This document shows, in pieces, positions 12,856 through 22,565 of a stretch of DNA of 32,670 bases (position 1 is its first letter; the number at the start of each line of letters is the position of its first letter). A model generated the notes under the pieces. It made no database searches and had not been told where the DNA came from. It saw only the letters and a list, made by a program, of their open reading frames with translations. The DNA comes from Catajapyx aquilonaris. Lineage: Eukaryota. The translations under genes were made by a program, and so were the position numbers. Location of the stretch: the NCBI GenBank assembly GCA_000934665.2, contig JYFJ02005181.1, positions 1-32,670 on the forward strand, read 5' to 3'.

Positions 12856-13378
12856 ACCCTCGTTGCTCAATGTTCCTATAATACGGTGTCAACAGCAAGA
12901 AGATCAATCATCCCGCCCCAGTCATCTCTATGCCGTCAGCGTGTCTCCGGCACATACCGAACAAGCCCTAGCAAGTAATGCCAGGTATACAAACAAAGCC
13001 CTTTTCATTGCAAAATGTAGCAATAAATAAGTATACCTCACAACTTAACAAAGTTAAGTAAAACCAGTTGCATCAGTGTGCATACCGGTCATGTCCAACC
13101 GCATGTCTACACTTACATCCTACATACAAATAATGTACGTGGGTATGAAACATATCAACTGTACCTGACCTGTACTTCTTATTGTTCGGGAGGCCAGTAA
13201 ATGACATTATAGCACAAACGAGCAGCAAAGTGCGCAACTGGCCATTATTATTAATAATAATCAGTGTGGAACACTCCTGTTATTTGTACAGTACGACGCC
13301 TACGACGCGTCGCGACGTCTCCAAAGCCTGCCAAAGCCAAGGTTCCGTGCCCAGTTCGAATAACGTTCCAAAAACCGA

Positions 13379-13490
13379 CGCCATTTTGGATCAATACCGA
13401 CGACCCCCCAACAAATGTGCGTAGCTGTTAAAATAAACAGTTACAAACCGTCTCTGATAATAGTTATAGCTGTGTTGTTGGTGACGTCAC
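13379..13490 (+). promoter_or_regulatory. PPIL2 promoter region with YY1-type and CRE motifs
   Basis: CpG-enriched; CGCCATTTTG at 13379; GTGACGTCAC at 13481-13490; a likely 5'UTR intron follows (donor near 13598 or 13604, acceptor ttcttagcag ending 13695). Confidence 0.55.
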
Positions 13491-13706
13491 GAGGCCTAGT
13501 TCTTGTTGAGTTGTTGAAGGTTCAAAGAGTTGTTGTTTTTGCAGTTTTCCAGCCTGAAGTGTGCCTAGTGAGAGGGCATAAAATATTTACTGAGGTTGTA
13601 AGGGTATGTGTGCATCACTTTCAGTACATTAGCTTCATTGCTGGTCCGTACATGTGTGTGCGTATGTAAATAGTGCGGTACTTTCTTCTTAGCAGAATCA
13701 GAGAAG

Positions 13707-14093
13707 ATGGGGAAGCGACAGCATCAGAAGGACAAGATGTACCTGACCTGCAAGGAGTGGACCACCTTGTACGGCGGGAAGAAGCATGTGTCGGAGACCA
13801 GCGAGTTCAGGCGCTTGCCGTTCGACCACTGCTCGTTGTCGCTCCAGCCGTTCGAGCGGCCGTACTGCGATCAGGATGGGAACGTGTTTGATCTGGCAGC
13901 AATCGTGCCGTTCCTGAAGAAGTTCAGGTGCAACCCGATAACGGGCGAGAAGCTGGATGCGAAGAGCCTGGTGAAGCTCAACTACCACAAGAACGCGGAG
14001 GGAAAGTTTCACTGCCCGGTCATGTTCAAGTGTTTTAATAACAACTCGCATATTGTGGCCATTAAGAAGACTGGGAATGTCTATTCGCATGAG
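13707..14093 (+). CDS. PPIL2: PPIL2 coding exon 1 (U-box)
   Basis: ATG at 13707; donor GAG|GTAATT at 14093/14094; 129 codons. Confidence 0.95.
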
Positions 14094-16430
14094 GTAATTT
14101 TGGTACATGGTAAAAATGGCACAAGCGAATTAATAATAATAATCATCATCATCATCATGGTGGTAGTCACTCCTCAAAAAAGTGTACACCGGCTCTCTTG
14201 AGTTGCGGCTCTCCCCCGGCTCACCAGCAGGCTCACCCACAGTCTTATGGGCTCACCGATGCCTTGGAGAGCCACAAAGAGCCTCGGAGAGCCAACAACG
14301 CACAACCCGCGGTGTTGATGATATGAAGTCAATATGGCGTTATTTTCCCTCGGCTCTCCGTGGCTCACCAGTGAGGGTGTACACCGGCTCTCCGAAGTGA
14401 CTACCCCCTTGATAATAATAGTTGCCTCCGGTTATAACAGACTTCGAGAGACCGCGGGATACAGTACGTTATAATCGAGGATTGTTAAAGCCAAATGGTC
14501 ACTTTCGCATCGAATACACAAGTTTTTCTGGCTTTCCATATTGGTTAAAATGACCACTACTGCAATTATTAATGAAACTATCAACAGAAAGGCAAAATTA
14601 GCTCTCCCGTAAATTAGGCAGGACCCAATCGAATAGGTAGTTTTCTTCTGCTGCCCCTTGTTGACAAATTTATCAGAAAAGGTTTGATTTGAGTAACTTA
14701 GATCGGTGACTGATGCGAAAATATTCTCTGCCTTCCTGCGCATGGGAAATAAAGGGGAACAATCAAACACAGCATATTTTTTCTCACAGGGGCCGAAAAA
14801 TAGTCTGTTATAGCCAAGGTGAGGTGAAAATGAGTCTGTTATATCAGGAGTTAAGGTCCTTATGGAAATATGGCGGAATCAGCCTTTCGAGTCTGTTATA
14901 ACCAGGCTCTTATTGTGGCTTTGCTGGTAACTCTTTGCCATTTTTTACCTAAATTTGTTAATTTTTTTTATTGACCTGACATACCTAACGCAATGTTTTT
15001 TTCTGCAGGCTGTGGAAGAGCTGAACATGAAGACTCACTGCTGGCGTGACCTCCTAACCGACGAAGAGATTTCCCGTTCTGAACTTGTGACCCTGCAGGA
15101 TCCATCTAACCTGCAAAAGTTCAACCTGTCCAACTTCCACCACCTGAGACGCAACTTGAAGGTCCAGGATGAGGACCTGGAGAGGGCGAGATACGATTCG
15201 GCAGCCAGACTTAAGAAGGTCAACATGGAGACCAGAGAGACACTGGATCAACTAAAGAAGGATTTCAAACCCAAGGAGGAGGTGGTGGTTGAGAAGAAAG
15301 TTGCGGACAAGTTCAATGCTGTGAGTGTAAATGTATGTTATGAGTTGAATATGCGTTAATTTGTGTTTGTATTGCAAGGCTCACTACTCGACTGGTGCGG
15401 TTGCGGCAGGGTTCACGTCAACAGCAGTTGACGTGGAGACTAAGCATGAGGCGGCCATCATCGATGAGGATATTGTCAGATATGAGCGAGTCAAGAAGAA
15501 AGGTAATATCTGATGGTGTTAAATCTTTAGATAAAGTATTATGGGATAGTTTAATTAATGAATTTGTGTTACATTCAAGGCTATATCCGCCTCGTGACCA
15601 ACCTCGGTCCTCTGAATCTCGAACTGGCTTGCGATATGGTGCCCAAGACATGTGAGAACTACATCCGCTTGTGCCAAGAGGGATACTATGACGGGACCAA
15701 GTTTCACAGATCCATCCGTAACTTCATGATTCAGGGTGGGGATCCAACTGGGACGGGGAAAGGCGGGAGGTCCTGCTGGAGCGAGAAGAAGTCTTTTAAA
15801 GACGAGTTTAAGCCGAACCTGACCCATGCCGGTAGGGGGATCCTGTCAATGGCGAACTCGGGGCCGAACACCAACAAGTCGCAGTTGTAAGTACTGTAAC
15901 GTACATAGCATATTGTACGAGACTAAGGGTAATATTTACTTCATAGTTTCATCACATACCGTTCGTGCAAACACTTGGATGGTAAGCACACGGTGTTCGG
16001 GAAGGTAGTGGGCGGACTGGATACTCTGACAGCAATGGAAAGGATCATGGTGGACGAGAAGGACAGACCCTTGCAAGACATCATTCTGGATCGAGCGCAA
16101 GTGTTTGTCGATCCGTTTGAAGAAGCGGATGTACAGGTATGTGAACCTTTTGCAGTGTAACATCACGATACTGATTACACTATTTTTCAGCTGGCATCTG
16201 AACGAGCTGAGGAGTCTCGTCGTCATGAAGCGGATCTGCAGGCTGCGGCAGAAGCCAAGCGAAGGGCGGCCCAAGGGCGGCCCCAGGTCTTCAGGAAAGG
16301 GGTGGGCAAGTACATCGACATGGAAGGAGTCGCAGGACCCAGCAAGAGTGCAACGAGTCACGACAGGGCTGAACTGACGGCCAAAAAGAGAAACGTTGGG
16401 TATGACTTCGGAGGCTTCAGCAACTGGTGA
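13707..16430 (+). CDS. PPIL2: PPIL2/Cyp60 U-box-type E3 ligase with cyclophilin domain; join(13707..14093,15009..15320,15379..15502,15580..15886,15947..16136,16191..16430), 519 aa
   Basis: Starts MGKRQHQKDKMYLT; U-box (LPFDHCSLSLQPF...NPITGEKL); AHYSTG; cyclophilin FHRSIRNFMIQGGDPTGTG and LSMANSGPNTNKSQFFIT; ends FGGFSNW*. All five introns are GT-AG with matching phases (0,0,1,2,0); CDS totals 1560 nt. Confidence 0.97.
14158..14409. mobile_element. PIF/Harbinger-like MITE in PPIL2 intron 1
   Basis: TIRs TGGTGGTAGTCACT / AGTGACTACCCCCT; TNA-type flanks (TCA, TGA; not identical); internal direct repeat gtgtacaccggctctc. Confidence 0.55.
14418..14915. mobile_element. pogo/Tigger-like (Tc1/mariner) MITE in PPIL2 intron 1
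   Basis: Inverted ends GGTTATAACAGACT(T)CGA / TCGAGTCTGTTATAACC; AGTCTGTTATA repeated three times near the right end. Confidence 0.65.
15009..15320 (+). CDS. PPIL2: PPIL2 coding exon 2
   Basis: tttttctgcag|AVEELNMK...ADKFNA|gtgagt. Confidence 0.95.
15379..15502 (+). CDS. PPIL2: PPIL2 coding exon 3
   Basis: attgcaag|AHYSTGAVAAGFTST...RVKKK(G)|gtaata. Confidence 0.93.
15580..15886 (+). CDS. PPIL2: PPIL2 coding exon 4 (cyclophilin domain)
   Basis: attcaag|(G)YIRLVTNLGPLNLEL...NTNKSQ(F)|gtaagt. Confidence 0.95.
15947..16136 (+). CDS. PPIL2: PPIL2 coding exon 5 (cyclophilin C-terminal part)
   Basis: cttcatag|(F)FITYRSCKHLDGKHTVFGKVVGG...DPFEEADVQ|gtatgt. Confidence 0.95.
16191..16430 (+). CDS. 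PPIL2: PPIL2 coding exon 6 with stop codon
   Basis: tttttcag|LASERAEE...FRKGVGKYID...FGGFSNW TGA. Confidence 0.93.
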   Translation: MASERAEESRRHEADLQAAAEAKRRAAQGRPQVFRKGVGKYIDMEGVAGPSKSATSHDRAELTAKKRNVGYDFGGFSNW

Positions 16431-16698
16431 AGAAAACCTTGGGCACTGTATGTTACGTACATTATGTGTAATTCAATGCAAGTGTGCCCAACATTTTTGT
16501 ACAGTTCATAAGAGACACATGAAGGACATTGTGTGAATTTTATTTTTTTTATTCATTCCAATTCATATTCACATTTAGGAGGAATTATGTGACCGCTGTT
16601 AACTTAAACTGTTGCATTTAGCCATACTGTCGCAGTGACTCGTATGATTATTAGATAAATTAAATGGTCGTACTTGAATTTTGTGCTATGAATGGTGC

Positions 16699-17025
16699 AA
16701 TTACATGCTCTTTCAGATGATTTCTCACACACACAAAATGTTAAACCAAAATGCTCTTTCTTATTAACTATGAGTACGTTTCATAGCAATTTTCTTTCCA
16801 CTGCTAAATCCTAATCGTACACTATTGATGGGAAAGTTAGTTTGTACTACGATTGCATGCGCTTTCAGATGATATCTCGCTTAAGAAATTTGTCGAAAAT
16901 TGTAATGCGCTTTCTCATTACTATAGTTCAAGTTGTACATACGTAAAAATTAGGAGTACAAGACATTTTTCTTACCATGCAGCGAAACAGTTAAAACATA
17001 TATTAGGGAAAGTTTGTTTGCTTGC
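16699..17025. repeat. Two diverged ~155-175 bp tandem units
   Basis: att(a/g)catgc(t/g)ctttcagatgat...gggaaagtt(a/t)gtttg present twice. Confidence 0.65.
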
Positions 17026-17303
17026 CGCTGTCAAGTGTTGACGGTAAGTACTCGGGGTCTCCGCAAATAATTTTTAATGGAGCCCGAAACAGCACTTTTT
17101 AAGATATCGCCAGCCTTTAATCGCATTTTTTAATAGTGTACCGGTTAATTATAAAACTGTATGCAGGGGTATGACGTACATGCACCTTATCACCCGCAGT
17201 ACATCAGGCCCCCGCAAATTAACAAGCCGACTCTTATCAACAAGTAGATGAAACCATTCAAAAAATAAAATAAAAAATATTTTTTAAAATACATATTAAA
17301 AAT

Positions 17304-17399
17304 CAGGGGCGACTAGCTATATTAGTTTTCCACACAACGCTATAGCTAATATAACAGCTGATGATTAGCAGTTGTAGCTAATATAGCTAGTCGCCCCCG
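17304..17399. mobile_element. 96-bp inverted-repeat mini-element (hAT-like ends)
   Basis: CAGGGGCGACTAGCTATATTAG and its reverse complement at 17378-17399 (21/22); no TSD found. Confidence 0.6.
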
Positions 17400-17408
17400 A
17401 CGCTACTT

Positions 17409-17440
17409 GTGACGTCACGAAAATGGATCGCCATGTTGGA
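17409..17440 (+). promoter_or_regulatory. Paxillin P1 promoter motifs (CRE + YY1-type)
   Basis: GTGACGTCAC at 17409-17418 and CGCCATGTTG at ~17429, 150-175 nt upstream of the ATG. Confidence 0.5.
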
Positions 17441-17582
17441 ATTTTTTTTTGTGTGATGTGATCTAGTGGAGATTAAGGTGTTGTTGACGTGTTTTATTGC
17501 CACATTTTGTGCGATTTCTGTGCGGATTTTTGGTGCGGAATAGACGGGGGGACACTTGGAGCACGGATCTAGGCGGAGGAAA

Positions 17583-17595
17583 ATGGAGGACCTAG
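17583..17595 (+). CDS. PXN: Paxillin canonical first coding exon (MEDL + G)
   Basis: aaaATGGAGGACCTAG|gtgaga; the phase-1 G completes the LD1 Asp codon with AC from exon 2; MDDLD-like start typical of paxillins. Confidence 0.85.
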
Positions 17596-20500
17596 GTGAG
17601 ATTAGGGGATGAAAATGTTGGGGTTGTGTATGGGATGGAATAATTTTTGTGGAATTTTTTGGGATGAAACCAAAAAAAAAAAATGAGCGAAAATTTGGGT
17701 TCAAGCCTGTAGGAAGTGTCTACATGTTTAAAAAAAAATTGAATTAGTGGACAATAATGTATCAAAAGTTTATAACAAGTGGTGGAAGTGTACGTACTGT
17801 ATGGCTTGTTCAGATAGTAAGACCCGGGACTCCGGAATGGGCTGAAATTTATTGGGAAAATGTGTGGAGATGGGCAAAATTAATTTGTGCACAATTTGGC
17901 AAGTCATGCTAGAAGTGTACATTCTTTATACGCACGAATTATTGCAGAAATATGATCAAAACGTGCTGTTCATATGTACTATATAGCTCAAAAAGATGAG
18001 AGACCATTTTGTATTGAAACCAAATGTAAAATCGTCTATATACTGTGTACGCAATGTATTTTTAAAACTAAATTTGGCACAATTTTGCAGAAAAGTCATA
18101 CTGGAAGTGTATGTACTAGCCGCATCGCATTATTCGGTGTCTGAATGTTTGGATTCGGTTGGTCGACAGATATGCGTACCAGTCATTGCGGCATCTGATC
18201 ATATGCGACCATGGAGGAATTCTGGTGGTGCCAAACAAGAGAATTCCTGCAGGTTGATATGGGAGTCAGATTAGCAATTAGTATTTTTAGGCCTGTAATG
18301 CTGGCGGCTACAAGGTCTCTTCCGGTGGGATATAGTCGAAGGCCGCTCTCTTGGGAATTACTGGTAACATGTGATATGATGAGTAGTAGCGAAACCAACA
18401 GGCAATGAGGCCACTGTCACCAGAACCAGTATGAAGACCTTGCGCACCGTGCGGCCTTGGGAGAGCAATGGCAGGAGATGACTGCCCCAAGGTCAATGCC
18501 GGTTACACACAAATGCTCTATCAGTTCCTGAATATCATTAGTGGTTAGTTTTATATCCGCTACTGTACTGACACAAGTTCTTTACCAAGAATTGTATAGT
18601 ACGTCATGGGTTGAAAATATGCTTTTTATGATGCAGTATGCTAACCTCCAAAACAGTGCATGTAATTCATCCGTGCATGTTATAGTTAGGAAAATTTCAC
18701 CATTACGGCCAGCTTCTCGGCCAGGCATATGTGGGCGAGAGGTCAAGTAGACACCCGCTATGCTCAATCTAAAGCTCTTAACTCACTCTAATATAATTAC
18801 AGCTTGCTTTTTGTCTCGTTGTCGTCATCAAATTTTGGGCTCATGCCAAGGTTACATATACTGTATACATTGATGTGTTTATTTAACTTAAGAAAATTAT
18901 TGCAAAAAATTTATTGACTTATTTTTGAAAAGCAATTATTTGGAGCTGTCGACATTACGACCCACGCCTCCTCTACAACTTCATAACACACATAACTAAT
19001 GGAGTTATTTCAGTGGACGTTCCCCCTGAGGAAATGTCATTACGTCACAGACCATTAGACACCACAAGCTTGGCAGTATTCCTGGTAGAGAGAGTTAGTT
19101 GCCAACTATTTTTTTTACCTTCATGCTAACCCCCTCTCCAAAAGTGGTTTTTTTTTTTTTCTTCTTCTTCTTCTTCTAACCCTCATCCCATTCTAGCCAC
19201 TCTTCCCTAGACGTCATTATTCCACAGTCTGCAGTACATTACAGTGCTTCTTCTCTAGTGCAAGTAGTTTTTGGCGGGAAAAATTAGTGTGTGACATCTG
19301 TCGATGTTTTAGTTTAATTTTATTAATTTAAAAAAAAATATAGTGATGGATAGGACAATGTATGGAAAAGTGTTGCCGGGTACGTACCAGCCGTACCGGT
19401 GTACTAAGAAGAACGTACCATCTCCCGGATGTGAGTATCGCTTAAAATTTTTCAGGATAATCCGAGGGATAATTAGTGTAATTAGCCAGTTATGACATAA
19501 CTTTTTAAACGGGAAGCGACAACTATCCAAGGTTATGGCATCATTTTCCCCATGTACTTTTTAATGTATAAAAATTTAATGGTCTTAAAATGAGTGTAAA
19601 CTTTATTTTTAAATTTGACAGGATTTTTTGGCAGACCGTATGTGTAATCCTAAAAATAATTTAGGGCAGGGAATTTTTTTTTTGGAGACGAATGGGGAAT
19701 TTCCATGGCGTCGTAGACGTCTTGGAATGCTGCTTAGAAGTGTGATTGTTGTCACCTATGTGTCCAACAGTGGATAATGAACGAGAATTTTTAAAATAAA
19801 TTATTGCATGTATTTCAATACGGAAATTTGGTTGAATCACATTTGGGCCAATCACATGTGTCTTACTTGGGCAGGTTACACCTATAGCCGATGTACGTCG
19901 CGCCAGTCGACTTACCGTATCATTACTCGATATATAAAAAATTTTGATAGCATATTTTGTACTAGTTGTTTTTTTAAGTATTTTTCGTAACATTTTGACA
20001 CATGTTGCAAGCGGCATTTTGGTCGAAACAAAAGGGGTTCACCGACACGCGGCAGTCATTAGCGCAACCCTCCGGAAATGACCTCACTGGGAAGCTCCCT
20101 GGTATTGCACTTATTTTTGGAACCCACTGTACTTCTGGCAACTCATTTTTACAGCTCAGTCTTCCCATTCTCATTGAAAAAAAAAAAAAAGATGTCTTTA
20201 GAACGGCTCTGTTTGTCTGTCTGTCTGTGGACAGGTGTCAAGGTCCAAACCGGAAACGGTTTTCGGATTCGGATTAATCGGGCCCTAAATTGGTTTCATG
20301 GTCAACTTCCGGTTTTCCAGGTTCACTATATCCGCCAAGGTCAAGTTTCCAGTCGGGTGTCCTTGGGTTCACGAGCCAACTGCTGACTAGATTCTATGTC
20401 ATTGTTGTCCAATTTGAATTTCTTTGGCAATGAGAGAAAAAAAATCTACTCGAATCACGACAGTTCAACAGCGGAAATTGGCCTTTTAAAAAACCACTTG

Positions 20501-22500
20501 TTAAAGTGGAATTGTTGTAAATGCAACTTATATATTATTAATAATTAATATGTAGAATTGGCTATGTGCCTCTGTCCATGTACGCACGACCCTGAGAGTG
20601 GCAATAGTGTGCATAGTGCGCCGTCTACGTGAGATATATGGTACTACGTGGAGAGTTTATTACCTAGTTAATTATTATCACCGGCATATTAATTGAACAC
20701 CCTGTACACACTAGGGTCATAACAAAAGGTGTACGTATACAGAGTGGGTTGAACGGCCGGTTACGTCACAAGTGTTACGTCTTGACATGTTGCGTCACCG
20801 GTGTCGGCATTGGACGCTGGCCAGATTGATGGGACGTCCTTCACTTCCCGCCCTAAATTAGTGTGTATGTGTATACACGTATCTACGCGCCGCACCCTCT
20901 GCTACAATTATTCGCATTTTTTTTACTGTCAAGAGTTACGTAAATGTCACCCAATTTTGACGAGTGGTTTGACAACAATATTACGAGGTGTCAGGACGTA
21001 TTGTCATAAATCATTCAGCTATTGTTGCTTTCTATAATAGCAACTTATGAGTCATTGTTAGTTACACTTTTAACATTGTTGACGCTCATTTTGCCCATTG
21101 TGAAGTGTCTGCTGTAGTTGAGACACCTTGTAAATCTTATATAAAAGGGAAAGTTTGTCGGTATGTCCCATTTCCCTCCCCCCTTTTTGTAATTGAATAT
21201 ACAGTATAATATCTCGTAATTTAATGTAATATTTGGTAATCAACATAGCCTAATACTTCGTAGTTTAATATAATATTTTGTTTTTAATATTATATTTTGT
21301 TTTTAATACAATAATTTGTTATTAATATAACAACCATATTGCTAATGGAATATATCTGTCGGCCTGTTTGTCCGGGGCGAGTCATCACCACGTTGTACCA
21401 CTACCCCTCACCTGAACCTGATAGTGGCAGGAGTGTGGTGAGGAGAGGAGGCGCCACCTATGCGAGGGTAGTGGTGCAGTACAGTGGTGGAAATTAGTGG
21501 ATAAGCACACGTATCGCCGCCTGGCGGAGCTTTTCCTTTGTTTCATGTAAAGGAATAGCTCCGCCAGACGGCGATACTTGTGCTTATCCAATAAATTTTC
21601 ACCATTGTACTACACTGGTATGGTGGTAGTTGTGGCAGAGTTGAGGCTATGACTCACCCCAGACCAACTTTTGGCAACGTTTGGCAACGGGAACGTATAT
21701 TACATAATCTGAAGCCAATTTGGCATTGTTTATTTATTTATTTATATTTTCCACGTGTTTACATTAATCACATGTCTTGACCCTATTCGAATGGCCTTCA
21801 ACTGATAAAAAACGTGATTTTAAAATATGAAAAAATAAGTCGTGCATGAACGCACCTCAATTTTTGAACAGAATACCAATTAGATTTGATCTAAAATGAC
21901 GTCACATTCCCGCCCAAGTGGAGCATCCAAATTTAGGAAATGGGGTGGGGTCGTTTAAAAAAAAAGAAGGAGAGGTATAGGGGGGTGAGGGGAGGTGTTG
22001 GCTTGCATAAGTGTGTGTGTGTGCCAAGGTAAAAGAGGGGGGATAGTTTGGTGGGGGTCAGTCGGCCAGTGCATCAGGTGGAGATCGGAAGTGTTTGTTT
22101 GTTTGTTTGTATCGTGGGTGTCAACAATGGCCACCTTGTTGGAGTTGCCTCCGCGTAGCCCCAGGCCTTATAGCAGGTCATCGTCAGGGAGGATGTCCTC
22201 GACTAGCTCCAGATTGTCATCTAGACCGGTGTCCAGTCGTCACAACTATTACTACGAGGATAATCTCAGTACGGATAGTTTTTTTAAAAATAAAATTTTT
22301 CCATACTATAGTAATCGGCTATGCCTATTTGTCCGGAGTGAGTCATCACCTCAACTAACTACTACTAGAGAGAGAATTCGCCATCTATAGGATGAGTAGT
22401 GGTACTACATGGACATGGTGGTGGTGGCTGAGTTGAGGTGATGGCTCACCCTGGACAAACAAATTCCAATTTTCCCTTCTTTTGGCAAGGTTTCACTAGT

Positions 22501-22565
<65 letters not shown>

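Noticed and set aside
13000..13390. Divergent gene starting at aaaATGGCG on minus near 13384
   Set aside because: The frame closes after about 35 codons with no good donor; better explained as a YY1-type motif
13415..16377. Overlapping and antisense ORFs around PPIL2 (e.g. 13698-14108 minus, 15936-16361 minus)
   Set aside because: Shadow frames of GC-rich PPIL2 exons with no independent motifs
18180..18530. GC-richer stretch with several short ORFs in paxillin intron 1
   Set aside because: No recognisable domain in the frames I read; possibly an old TE fragment but unsupported
22269..22343. Longer exon A using the GGA|GTGAGT donor at 22337/22338 (also phase 1)
   Set aside because: The extension is AT-rich and the donor lies inside a MITE TIR; possible cryptic site, but the 22268 donor fits better
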